DNA of 32,277 nucleotides from a bacterium. Its GTDB lineage: Bacteria; Zhuqueibacterota; Zhuqueibacteria; Zhuqueibacterales; Zhuqueibacteraceae. Positions 17,754-26,654 of the stretch are shown here, one piece after another. The stretch covers positions 1 to 32,277 of the forward strand of contig JBIOXB010000179.1 of the NCBI GenBank assembly GCA_044869275.1, given 5' to 3'. Made by a program: the position numbers and the translations under genes. Each line of letters opens with the position of its first letter. The first letter of the stretch is position 1. The notes beneath the pieces are model-generated. The model saw only the letters and a program-made list of their open reading frames with translations, was not told where the DNA came from and searched no databases.

Positions 17754-18422
17754 TTATTGAAAACTGTTGGCGAGTTCCTGAGTTTTGTCCGATTCGTGAA
17801 TATGAACTCCGGTAAGGCTCATTTTCGCGACGTTGATCATTGCCGCTGCAACTGCAAGCGCAGCAATCGGGCGGTATTTTCGCCGCCGGCCCACGAGTAA
17901 AAAGGCAAACGACTTCATTAGAATCTCCCCGACTTTTTCGCCGAACCGAAACTCTGCACGATGTCCCACTAGTAATGAAGGCCGGAAAATGTGAATGGCG
18001 CGAAAAGGCAATTTTTGAATGGCCTCTTCCACTTCCCCCTTGACGCGATTGTAAAAGATTGCCGACCCCGGATTGGCGCCGACTGCTGTCACCAGCAAAA
18101 ACTGCTCTGCCCCATTTTGCGCTGCGAGCTTCGCGGCGGTGACAGGATACTCAAAATCGACGCGGCGAAACGCTGCCTGTGAGCCGGCTTTCTTAATCGT
18201 CGTCCCCAAACAGCAGAAGACGTCATGCACGCGCTTGAGCGGCGCATGTTTTTCCAATTGCTCGAAATCGACGGCGTGCTGTTCCAGCTTGGATTGCTGG
18301 CGGGACAAACTTCTTCGCACCAGGACGATGACGCGATCATAAGCGGGATCGGCAAGCAGCAAGTTGAGAGCATGACCGCCCACCAACCCGCTGGCGCCGA
18401 GCAATAAGGCAGACCTGGGCAT
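17754..18422 (-). CDS. NAD(P)-binding atypical SDR oxidoreductase (TIP30/CC3/YraR-like)
   Basis: N-terminal Rossmann motif LLGASGLVG; FCCLGTTIKKAGS, VDFEY, YNRVKGEVE and IFRPSLL motifs; AGGAAGG RBS. Confidence 0.88.
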   Translation of the reverse strand: MPRSALLLGASGLVGGHALNLLLADPAYDRVIVLVRRSLSRQQSKLEQHAVDFEQLEKHAPLKRVHDVFCCLGTTIKKAGSQAAFRRVDFEYPVTAAKLAAQNGAEQFLLVTAVGANPGSAIFYNRVKGEVEEAIQKLPFRAIHIFRPSLLVGHRAEFRFGEKVGEILMKSFAFLLVGRRRKYRPIAALAVAAAMINVAKMSLTGVHIHESDKTQELANSFQ

Positions 18423-18447
18423 TTCACCTTCCTCCGCTGCAAACGAG

Positions 18448-18474
18448 AGGCCGGCCGTTGTGGACGGCCGGTCT
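18448..18474 (-). terminator. GC-rich hairpin, possible terminator or processing stem downstream of the DUF2911 gene
   Basis: AGGCCGGCCGT-tgtgg-ACGGCCGGTCT; the U-tract is weak. Confidence 0.35.
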
Positions 18475-18507
18475 GCCGTCTCTTTTTAAGGCGAGACGAT
18501 CACTTGT

Positions 18508-19104
18508 TCACATGGTCTGCACGGCGAAAGCCGCCGACAACGAGGCCGTGCCCCACATGGCGGTGATCGTGCCAGTTGCAGCATCTTGCGATTGGACTTC
18601 GATCGTGAAGGTTTCCACCGCTTGTGGCAATGTGGACATCACCATGGGCACGGAAGCGAAATCATCTTCCGCGGGATGGGCGTGACCCCAAACGCCGGTT
18701 TTCCGGTTGAAGATCAGCTCCCAATTGTCACCGCTGACTTTTTTCATCCATAAGGAATAATGCCCTGCCGGAATTACGGTTTCGCCAAACTTGAGACCGG
18801 CGCTGGTGTTGATTTCCGTGGCCTCGTTCATGCCCATGCGCCAAACGGTGCCGTCGGTCGCCTGCGCCATCATGTCGCGGCCCTGCAATTGCGGCCGGCC
18901 ATAATTAATACTTACGGTTTGATCACCGAACGCGGCGCTCGCCACACCGCGGTTGCTTCCGGCCGATGCCGTGGTGCCCGCATCCGCCGCGGTCGCGGGC
19001 GGGGCTTCTTCTGCTTTTTTCTCCTCCGGTTTGGTGCACATGATAAAAGTGAAGGCGGTGGCCGCCAACAAAACATGCTGCATCAAACGATTGTGGCCTC
19101 TCAT
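18508..19104 (-). CDS. DUF2911 domain protein, probable lipoprotein
   Basis: VSINYGRP..GR, VWRMGMNEATEI, IPAGHYSLW and GVWG motifs; signal peptide ending FTFIMC; CAGGAG RBS before ATG 19104. Confidence 0.85.
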   Translation of the reverse strand: MRGHNRLMQHVLLAATAFTFIMCTKPEEKKAEEAPPATAADAGTTASAGSNRGVASAAFGDQTVSINYGRPQLQGRDMMAQATDGTVWRMGMNEATEINTSAGLKFGETVIPAGHYSLWMKKVSGDNWELIFNRKTGVWGHAHPAEDDFASVPMVMSTLPQAVETFTIEVQSQDAATGTITAMWGTASLSAAFAVQTM

Positions 19105-19193
19105 GAAAAATTCTCCTGCAGGTAAGTTGAAATTGAAAAAAGTTTGTGATTCTTTGCCGTGCTTTTCCTGAGTCTTGGTCCCCGGGGACAGCA

Positions 19194-19520
19194 TTATGTG
19201 CGTGACGGCTCCCCGGTTTCATTCGGCGGTTGAAATCCGATCTCACGCTGCTTTTGCTCGCCGAATATCTTGATTTCCGCGAAGGTGTTCTCGTACTTCT
19301 CGATATTTTCCTGCAGCGCGCGGGCCAGCGACTTGGCGTGCTGCGGCGTCATGATGATGCGGGTTTGGATCTTCGCTTTCGGCACACCGGGAAAAATGCG
19401 CGCGAAGTCGAGCACGAATTCCGCCGGCGTATGATTGATGATGGCGAAATTCGCATAAATACCTTCGGCTTCCTTTTCGCCGAGCTCGAGGTTGATTTGT
19501 TGCGGAGCGGGGTTGTTCAT
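19194..19520 (-). CDS. DUF3467 domain protein
   Basis: INLEL..KEAEGIYANFAIINHTPAEFVLDF...PGVPKAKIQTRIIMTPQHAK..LQENI motif; GGAG RBS before ATG 19520. Confidence 0.88.
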   Translation of the reverse strand: MNNPAPQQINLELGEKEAEGIYANFAIINHTPAEFVLDFARIFPGVPKAKIQTRIIMTPQHAKSLARALQENIEKYENTFAEIKIFGEQKQREIGFQPPNETGEPSRT

Positions 19521-19545
19521 TTCGATCTCCAGGAACAAAAAATTT

Positions 19546-19617
19546 GCCCGCGCAATGCGCCAAGCACGCGAAATCTTCACCGCAACACTTTCGCGTCCAT
19601 TCGCGCCTTCCGCGGGC
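19546..19617. repeat. Nonamer-period imperfect inverted repeat
   Basis: gcccgcgcaatgcgccaagcacgcgaaa (19546-19573) / tttcgcgtccattcgcgccttccgcgggc (19589-19617). Confidence 0.7.
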
Positions 19618-19705
19618 CGTCAGGGTCCAGGCCGGTCCTCATAAAACACGGCAACAATACACAATTCCACGCTGATAGTCAAACGAATTTCCACCGACTT
19701 CCACA

Positions 19706-19734
19706 TTGACTTTTCAGCGATTTTAAACTATCTT
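19706..19734 (+). promoter_or_regulatory. Sigma70-type promoter of polA
   Basis: TTGACT (19706-19711), 17-bp spacer, TATCTT (19729-19734), then 6 nt to the ATG. Confidence 0.6.
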
Positions 19735-19740
19735 TATCAC

Positions 19741-22479
19741 ATGCCTCGCACTTCTCAACAGCCGGTTTCGACGCAGAAGCTTTTTTTGATCGATGGCTAC
19801 GCCCTGGCGTATCGTTCCCATTTTGCTTTCATCCGCAATCCCTTGACCAGCTCGCGCGGCGAACCGACCAGCGCCGTTTTCGGTTTTGTGCGCGCGCTCT
19901 TGCAGTTGATTGATCACGAGCATCCTTCGCACCTTGCGGCTGTCTTTGACACGCCGCAGCCCACTTTTCGCCACCAGCTTTACGCGGACTACAAAGCCAC
20001 GCGGCAAAAAATGCCGCCGGAATTGCGCGGCCAACTTCCTAAGATTCGCGATTTTTGCACGGCTTTAGGTGCACAGATAGTGGAAGCCCCTGGTTTTGAA
20101 GCCGACGACGTGATCGGCACGCTTGCCCTGCGTGCCGCGGTCCAGGGCATGCAGGTCTATCTTTACTCGGGCGACAAAGATTTGGCGCAGCTCGTGAACG
20201 AGCGCATCCAGCTTTACAATACCGGCAAAGACGGCGAGACGCAAATCCTGGATGCGGCTGCGGTGCAAGAAAAATTCGGCGTGCCGCCGCGGCAAATCAC
20301 GGATTATCTCGCTTTGCTGGGCGACACTTCCGATAACGTTCCGGGTGTGCCCAAGGTGGGCGAGAAGACCGCAGTTGAATTATTGTCACAATTTGAGAAT
20401 CTGGAGCAATTGCTCATTCACACCGGCCAAGTGAAGCGGCCGGCATTGCGCGAAAATCTGCAGAAATATGCCGAGCAGGCGCGCCTCTCGAAGAAATTGG
20501 TGACACTGGACACTTCCGTGCCGCTCGCGATTGCACCGCACGATTTGAGTCTGGGTAAAATCGACCCTTCGCGCGCCGCTGCATTAAGCCGGGAATTGGA
20601 ATTTAACAGCCTGCTCTCCCGCTTCACCGAATCCGCGGAAGTGGCGCAGTCGGATTATCAATTGCTCGACACGCCGGAGAAAGTTAAGGAACTGGCACAA
20701 CAGTTGTCAAAGCTTCAGCGTTTTGCTTTCGATACGGAAACCACCGCTGCCGATCCGTTGCGCGCGGAATTGGTGGGCATGAGTTTTTCATGGGAGGAAG
20801 GCCGGGGCTATTATGTGCCGGTCGCACCGTCGCCCCGCGAAAATGACTTGAGCGATTTTTATCTGGAAGGCTATTCCACGAAACAAAAAATCTCGCTCAA
20901 GAAGATCTTTCAACCGCTGCTCGAAAGCGACACCGTCAAAAAGTGCGGCCAGAACACGAAATATGATCAGCTCGTCATGAAGCGCTACGGCCTGGAAGTG
21001 CGTGGTGCAGATTTCGATACGATGGTCGCCAGCTATGTGTTGAATCCCAGCAATCGCCAGCACAATCTGGACGCCCTGTGCCTCGAGCATTTCAATTATG
21101 CCAAAATTCCCACCAGCGCATTGATCGGCTCGGGCAAGAAGCAAAAAAGCATGCGCGAGGTGCCGGTGGAGGAGGTCGCGCGTTACGCCAGTGAAGATGC
21201 CGACTTCACCTGGCGCTTGCATCGCCTTTTCGAGCCGAGGCTGCACAAAGGCAATTTGTATGAACTGTATGAAAAAATTGAGATGCCGCTGGTGGAGGTG
21301 CTGCGTGACATGGAATGGGAGGGCATCACCCTCGATTTGCCTTTCCTCCAAAAAATGTCCACCGTGCTGGAAACTTCGCTCGGGCAGTTGGTGGGCGAGA
21401 TTTACGATCTTGCTGGCGAAGAGTTCAATCTCAATTCGCCGCCACAGCTCGCCAAAATTCTCTTTGAAAAGTTGAAGCTGCCGCGCAGGCGCCGCACCAA
21501 GACGGGTTATTCCACGGACGCGGACGTTTTGGAAGAACTGGCAAATTTTCACGCCCTGCCGAAGAAGTTGATCGAATATCGCGAACTTTCGAAACTCAAA
21601 TCGACGTATGTCGACGCGCTGGCCACCATGGTCAATCCCTACACCGGGCGCTTGCACACGAGTTTCAATCAAACCGTGGCCGCGACCGGCAGGCTGTCTT
21701 CCAGCGATCCCAATTTGCAGAACATTCCCATTCGCACCGAAATCGGGCGCCGCATTCGCCGGGCTTTTGTCCCCCGCGAAAAGGGCTGGAAGCTGCTCGA
21801 TGCGGACTATTCGCAGATCGAATTGCGAATCGTTGCGCATCTTTCACAAGATGCCAATATGATCTCCGCATTTCGCCAGGACGAGGATATTCATACTTCG
21901 ACGGCGAGCCGCGTTTTCAACGTGCCGGTGGATGAAATGACACCGGACATTCGCCGTCGCGCCAAAGAAATCAATTTCGGCATTATCTACGGCATGGGCG
22001 CATACGGCTTGAGCAAGCGTTTGGGCATTTCCGTAGAAGAGGGGCACAATTTCATCACGAACTATTTCGTGCAATTCCCCGGCGTGAATCAACTCATCGC
22101 CGGTACGATTGCCGACGCGCACCAACACGGCTTTGTCACGACGATGTTCAACCGCCGGCGCTTTTTGCCGGATATCAATAGCGAAAATCAGAGCGTACGT
22201 GAGGCGGCCGAGCGCACCGCGATCAACACGCCCATTCAAGGCACGGCAGCGGACATGATCAAAATTGCGATGATCAATATTCATCGCCGCCGGCGCGAAG
22301 AAAAATTGCAGGCACGCATGCTGCTGCAAGTGCACGACGAACTGGTGTTCGAAGCACCGGAGCAGGAGCTGAAGTCATTGGAGAGAATCGTGCGCGAAGA
22401 AATGAGCGGCGCGGTGCGGCTGGAAGTGCCGGTTAAAATCGATGTGGGCGTCGGTGACAACTGGTTGGATGCGCATTGA
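19741..22479 (+). CDS. polA: DNA polymerase I
   Basis: 5'-3' exonuclease (LIDGYALAYR, EADDVIG, GDTSDNVPGV); 3'-5' exonuclease ExoI FDTET, ExoII NTKYD, ExoIII YASED; polymerase motifs DYSQIELR, RRRAKEINFGIIYG, QVHDELVFE. Confidence 0.99.
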   Translation: MPRTSQQPVSTQKLFLIDGYALAYRSHFAFIRNPLTSSRGEPTSAVFGFVRALLQLIDHEHPSHLAAVFDTPQPTFRHQLYADYKATRQKMPPELRGQLPKIRDFCTALGAQIVEAPGFEADDVIGTLALRAAVQGMQVYLYSGDKDLAQLVNERIQLYNTGKDGETQILDAAAVQEKFGVPPRQITDYLALLGDTSDNVPGVPKVGEKTAVELLSQFENLEQLLIHTGQVKRPALRENLQKYAEQARLSKKLVTLDTSVPLAIAPHDLSLGKIDPSRAAALSRELEFNSLLSRFTESAEVAQSDYQLLDTPEKVKELAQQLSKLQRFAFDTETTAADPLRAELVGMSFSWEEGRGYYVPVAPSPRENDLSDFYLEGYSTKQKISLKKIFQPLLESDTVKKCGQNTKYDQLVMKRYGLEVRGADFDTMVASYVLNPSNRQHNLDALCLEHFNYAKIPTSALIGSGKKQKSMREVPVEEVARYASEDADFTWRLHRLFEPRLHKGNLYELYEKIEMPLVEVLRDMEWEGITLDLPFLQKMSTVLETSLGQLVGEIYDLAGEEFNLNSPPQLAKILFEKLKLPRRRRTKTGYSTDADVLEELANFHALPKKLIEYRELSKLKSTYVDALATMVNPYTGRLHTSFNQTVAATGRLSSSDPNLQNIPIRTEIGRRIRRAFVPREKGWKLLDADYSQIELRIVAHLSQDANMISAFRQDEDIHTSTASRVFNVPVDEMTPDIRRRAKEINFGIIYGMGAYGLSKRLGISVEEGHNFITNYFVQFPGVNQLIAGTIADAHQHGFVTTMFNRRRFLPDINSENQSVREAAERTAINTPIQGTAADMIKIAMINIHRRRREEKLQARMLLQVHDELVFEAPEQELKSLERIVREEMSGAVRLEVPVKIDVGVGDNWLDAH

Positions 22480-22484
22480 TTTTT

Positions 22485-22512
22485 TTTAGCGTCTTTCGTG
22501 TTTTCCGTGGGC
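22485..22512 (+). repeat. Nonamer tandem repeat (right arm only)
   Basis: tttagcgtc tttcgtgtt ttccgtgggc, similar to the 19589-19617 arm. Confidence 0.55.
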
Positions 22513-22534
22513 GATAACAACTGAGCAGCATTTC

Positions 22535-23869
22535 ATGCCTAATTCCAAAACAGCGCCGGACCCGCCAGCCGCAAACGCCGCCGAGGAAATCACTGCGCTG
22601 AAAAACAAAGTTTCGAACCTCTCGAGCCTGATCGAAGTCAGCATCATCGTCAACAGCACGCTCGATCTCGACAACGTGTTGAGCCTGGTGATGGAAAAGG
22701 CGCAGGCGGTGATGGAAGCCGAAGCCAGCTCGGTGATGCTGATTAATGAAAAAACCGGCATGCTGGAATGGGAAGTCGCGCTCGGTGAAGTGGGCGATCA
22801 AGTCAAACAAAATATTCAGCTGCGTCTGGGTGAAGGCATCGCCGGCTGGGTGGCGCAAAACGGCCAGCCGGTGATCGTGCCCGACGTCAGCAAGGATCCG
22901 CGCTTTTCGCGCAAGAGCGACGAGGAAACCGGCTTCAAAACGCGCTCGATCGTCGCCGCGCCGCTCAAGGTCAAAAACCGCATCATTGGCGTGGCGGAAG
23001 TGATCAATCCGCTGCACGGCAAGGCGTTCACGCAAGACGACCTGGAACTGTTTTCCACTTTTTGCCGCCAGGTCGCGCTCGCGATTGACAATGCGCGCAT
23101 GCACCGCACCCTCCTGGAAAAGCAGAAGCTCGATCAGCAGCTCGAAGCGGCGCGCACGATTCTTGACAGTTTTCTGCCGCAGCGTTTTCCCCGCGACCCG
23201 CGGCAGCGCTTCCAGGTTGCGGCGCGTTCGCTACCGGCGACGCAAATCGGCGGTGATTTTTTCGATTTCATGATTTTGGATGAGGATACCGTGGGCATGG
23301 TCATCGGCGACGTCTCCGGCAAAGGCGTGCCCGCGGCGTTGTACATGGCGCGCTTGTTGAGCGATTTGCGCATTCATTCCAAAAACGACGGCGAGCCCGC
23401 CGCGGTGCTGCAAACGATCAATGAAATTCTGGTCGAGCGCGGACGGCGCGGCATGTTCGTCACTCTGCAATATGCTTTGTTGGAGCTGCCCTCGGGAAGA
23501 GTGAGCTACGCCAGCGGTGGGCATCTGCCTTTGTATTGGCTGCGCGCGCGGGGCCAGGAAGGAGTTTTTGTCGGCTCGGGCGGCGGTGCGCCTCTCGGCA
23601 TCATGCAGGAATCACGTTTTGTGCCGAAAGATTTCCAGCTGTCGCCCGGCGATTATCTCGTGGCGTTCACCGACGGCATTGTGGAAGCAAAGAATCGCGC
23701 CGGCAAACAGTACTCGATGGAACACTTGGGGACAAGTCTAAAGCGGCCCTGGCCCTCGCCACAAGACTTGGTTGATTTCGTCGTGCAGGAAATCCAGAAC
23801 TTCACCGAAGGCATGCCACCGCACGATGATTTGACCATCATTGCTCTGCAGTGGGATGCCAAAGCATGA
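22535..23869 (+). CDS. GAF-domain PP2C/SpoIIE-family phosphatase (RsbU-like)
   Basis: N-terminal GAF (GEGIAGWVAQNGQPVIVPDVSKDPRF); SpoIIE motifs IGGDFFDF, IGDVSGKGVPAAL, FTDGIVEA, HDDLTII. Confidence 0.93.
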   Translation: MPNSKTAPDPPAANAAEEITALKNKVSNLSSLIEVSIIVNSTLDLDNVLSLVMEKAQAVMEAEASSVMLINEKTGMLEWEVALGEVGDQVKQNIQLRLGEGIAGWVAQNGQPVIVPDVSKDPRFSRKSDEETGFKTRSIVAAPLKVKNRIIGVAEVINPLHGKAFTQDDLELFSTFCRQVALAIDNARMHRTLLEKQKLDQQLEAARTILDSFLPQRFPRDPRQRFQVAARSLPATQIGGDFFDFMILDEDTVGMVIGDVSGKGVPAALYMARLLSDLRIHSKNDGEPAAVLQTINEILVERGRRGMFVTLQYALLELPSGRVSYASGGHLPLYWLRARGQEGVFVGSGGGAPLGIMQESRFVPKDFQLSPGDYLVAFTDGIVEAKNRAGKQYSMEHLGTSLKRPWPSPQDLVDFVVQEIQNFTEGMPPHDDLTIIALQWDAKA

Positions 23870-24351
23870 AACCAGCCCGCCGGAAAACGGAGGCACTCTC
23901 CTTCCCTGCGCCCCCGCGCGCGGTGGAAACCGTGCAGTTTCGCCTCTCCAGCGACCCCAAGATGCTGAAGATCGTGCGCGCGGGCATTGCGCATTTGTGC
24001 GACCTCCTCGGCTTCGCGCCCGAACAGCGCAATCAAACCATGCTCGCCGTGGACGAAGCGTGTTCGAATATCATCAAATATGCCTACGAGGGCAAAACCG
24101 ACCAGCTCATCATCATCACCGCGCGCTTGCTGGAGAACGGCATCCAAGTCGTGCTGCGCGATTTCGGCAAAAAAGCCGATGAAGATTTCATCAAGCCACG
24201 CGATTTGGACGACATTCGTCCCGGCGGCCTGGGTGTCCATCTCATTCGCAGCACGATGGATGCCGTCGCCTATACCAATCTCAAACATGGCAACCGCTTG
24301 ACCCTGACCAAATACAATAGGAGTGTTCATGCTGGAAATCGTGACGCGTGA
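23866..24351 (+). CDS. RsbW/SpoIIAB-like Ser kinase (HATPase_c, anti-sigma type)
   Basis: N-box LAVDEACSNIIKYAY, G1 RDFG, G2 RPGGLGVHLI; ATGA overlap with the upstream stop. Confidence 0.9.
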   Translation: MKPARRKTEALSFPAPPRAVETVQFRLSSDPKMLKIVRAGIAHLCDLLGFAPEQRNQTMLAVDEACSNIIKYAYEGKTDQLIIITARLLENGIQVVLRDFGKKADEDFIKPRDLDDIRPGGLGVHLIRSTMDAVAYTNLKHGNRLTLTKYNRSVHAGNRDA

Positions 24352-24673
24352 AAAGGACAAAGCGTCGATTGTGAGCATCAACGGCGATGTCGATTTGTAT
24401 TCCTCGCCGCAGGTGCGCAAAGTGATCATCGGGTTGACCGAGCGCAAAGTGCCGGTGATCGTGATAGATCTGCAGGCCGTCGGCTACATGGACAGCTCTG
24501 GAATCGCAACGTTGGTGGAAGGCTTGCAGCAAATGGGCAAATACAAAGGCGAGCTGAAATTGTTCGGATTGACGGCCGCGGTGCGCGAAGTGTTCGAATT
24601 GAGCCGGCTGGACAAGGTCTTTCAGATTTATCCCACGGAGGAGGCGGCGCTCAAGAGTTCGGCGAAGGATTGA
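24329..24673 (+). CDS. STAS-domain protein (RsbV/SpoIIAA-like anti-sigma antagonist)
   Basis: GDVDLYSSP; VIDLQAVGYMDSSGIATLV containing the phosphoacceptor Ser; AGGAG RBS before ATG 24329. Confidence 0.93.
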   Translation: MLEIVTREKDKASIVSINGDVDLYSSPQVRKVIIGLTERKVPVIVIDLQAVGYMDSSGIATLVEGLQQMGKYKGELKLFGLTAAVREVFELSRLDKVFQIYPTEEAALKSSAKD

Positions 24674-24762
24674 AATGAACGGCATCTCGGCATGCCCTTC
24701 AGGATGAATCCATTTCTTGACTTCTGCAGATGCTCAAAAGGCTTCCTCTGAAAATAAGTTTT

Positions 24763-24822
24763 GTGGTGGCTCCTTTAGGAGCCGAGCGTTCACTGCCACC
24801 TGGTGCCTGAAGGCACTGCTAG
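24763..24822. repeat. REP-like inverted doublet (REPIN-like)
   Basis: GTGGT-GGCTCCT-TT-AGGAGCC (24763-24783) and, inverted, CTAGCA-GTGCCT-TC-AGGCACC (24802-24822), separated by 18 bp. Confidence 0.55.
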
Positions 24823-24920
24823 TGATAAATTCCTGCTTACGTTTACCATGAACGAAGCGGCGATCAATCGATACGGGATCGCGGATTTTTGAAACTCTTC
24901 CTCCGAAAGCATACTGCAAT

Positions 24921-25718
24921 TTGGTCAACTCCGCTCTCGGCTATCTCGGCCGTCAAACCATTGGCTTTCTCGTGCATCTCGACCGCATGACGCGCTTAAG
25001 CGTCGAGACTTTGGTGGAAGCCGTCGTTGCGCCGCTGCGCGGGAAAAAAGTGCGCGGGCGCAGCACCGTCGAGCAAATGGTGCGCATCGGCTTTGATTCC
25101 ATTCCCATCGTCTGCACCATCGCCTTTTTTGTCGGTTTGATTTTGGCGATGCAATCCGCCTATCAGCTCAAACGCTTCGGCGCCACGATTTTTGTGGCGG
25201 ATTTGGTCGCGGTCTCGGTCATTCGCGAACTGGGGCCGCTGCTGACGGCGATCATCATTGCGGGGCGCAGCGGCTCGGCCATCGCCGCGGAAATCGGCAC
25301 GATGAAGGTGGGGGAGGAAATCGATGCGCTGCGCGCCATGGGACTCAACCACGTCAATTTTCTCTTCGTGCCACGCATGGCCGCGCTGTTGATCGTGCTG
25401 CCGTGTTTGACGATTCTGGCCGACGGCATCGGTATTTTCGGCGGCTATCTATTGTCGATTTCCACTCTGGAATTCAGCAGCACGCGCTATTTGAATCAAA
25501 CCGCTTCGGCGCTGCTGATGAAAGATTTGATCACCGGCCTGGTCAAAAGCGGATTTTTTGCCCTGATTATTGCCGTGGTCGGTTGCTATCGCGGCATCAA
25601 CACCGAAGGCGGCGCGGAAGGCGTGGGGAAATCAACGACCTCCTCCGTGGTCACTTCGATTTTTTTGATCATTGCCGCGGATGTTTTCTTCACCGCGTTA
25701 TTTTATTCGGCGTTTTAG
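24921..25718 (+). CDS. mlaE: MlaE-family ABC permease (MCE system)
   Basis: RELGPLLTAIIIAGRSGSAIAAEIGTMKVGEEIDALRAMG and GAEGVGKSTTSSVV motifs; TTG start is uncertain. Confidence 0.92.
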   Translation: MVNSALGYLGRQTIGFLVHLDRMTRLSVETLVEAVVAPLRGKKVRGRSTVEQMVRIGFDSIPIVCTIAFFVGLILAMQSAYQLKRFGATIFVADLVAVSVIRELGPLLTAIIIAGRSGSAIAAEIGTMKVGEEIDALRAMGLNHVNFLFVPRMAALLIVLPCLTILADGIGIFGGYLLSISTLEFSSTRYLNQTASALLMKDLITGLVKSGFFALIIAVVGCYRGINTEGGAEGVGKSTTSSVVTSIFLIIAADVFFTALFYSAF

Positions 25719-25721
25719 CGC

Positions 25722-26567
25722 ATGATTTCCACAGCCTCTACTTTCGAACCTGGCCCTATTTCCCAGCCCAAGGACGTTGTCATCTCCATTCGAGACCTCC
25801 ACACACATTACGATGGCCGCCCGATTCTGCAGGGTATTGAGTTGGACGTGCAGCGCGGCGAAACCATGGTGATTCTGGGCCGCTCGGGCTGCGGCAAGAG
25901 CACGCTGCTGCGCCATCTGGTGGGATTGGCGGCGCCGACTTCGGGGCAAATCGTGATCAAAGGCTACGATCTCGCCAGCATGCCCGAGGACGAACTCGTT
26001 CCCGTGCGCCGCAAGCTCGGCATGCTGTTTCAAAGCGCGGCCTTGTTCAATTCCATGTCGGTCGGCGAAAACGTCGCACTGCCCTTGCGCGAGCATACGG
26101 AGTTGGAAAAATCCACGATTGACATCATGACACGCATGAAGCTCGAACAAGTCGGTTTGTCGGGCTTTGAGAATTTCATGCCCGCGCAATTGAGCGGCGG
26201 CATGAAAAAACGCGCCGGCCTCGCCCGTGCCATTGCGATGGATCCCGAGATTCTGTTTTGCGACGAGCCTTCCGCCGGGCTCGACCCGGTGGTCGCGATG
26301 GGCATTGATCAGCTCATTCTCAAGTTGAAAAAGGCGTTTAAAATGACTATCGTCGTGGTGACGCACGAATTGGCCTCGGTGTTCACGATCGCCGATCGTA
26401 TCGCCATGCTGCATGAGGGCCGCGTCGTGGCGTTCGGCACGCCGGAAGAATTGCAGGCGTGCGCGAATCCTCTGGTGCAACAGTTCCTGAATCGCGAAGC
26501 TGATGCGGAGGAACTCAATCGCGAACGCTATTTGAACAATCTGGCCGGTGAGCAGCAGAGCTCCTAA
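25722..26567 (+). CDS. mlaF: MlaF-family ABC ATPase
   Basis: Walker A GRSGCGKS, GMLFQSAALF, signature LSGGMKKR, Walker B ILFCDEPSAGLDP, H-loop VTHE. Confidence 0.93.
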   Translation: MISTASTFEPGPISQPKDVVISIRDLHTHYDGRPILQGIELDVQRGETMVILGRSGCGKSTLLRHLVGLAAPTSGQIVIKGYDLASMPEDELVPVRRKLGMLFQSAALFNSMSVGENVALPLREHTELEKSTIDIMTRMKLEQVGLSGFENFMPAQLSGGMKKRAGLARAIAMDPEILFCDEPSAGLDPVVAMGIDQLILKLKKAFKMTIVVVTHELASVFTIADRIAMLHEGRVVAFGTPEELQACANPLVQQFLNREADAEELNRERYLNNLAGEQQSS

Positions 26568-26654
26568 GCATTCAACCCGGAGGCACCAGGCGGCATAGGG
26601 TCATGGCTCAGTGCGGCGGCGCGGTGCCTCAGTTATAAACACTAGGAATTGAAA

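Noticed and set aside
17600..17900. ORFs 17600-17815 and 17637-17900
   Set aside because: Low-complexity translations of the G-rich octamer repeat that overlap the oxidoreductase gene.
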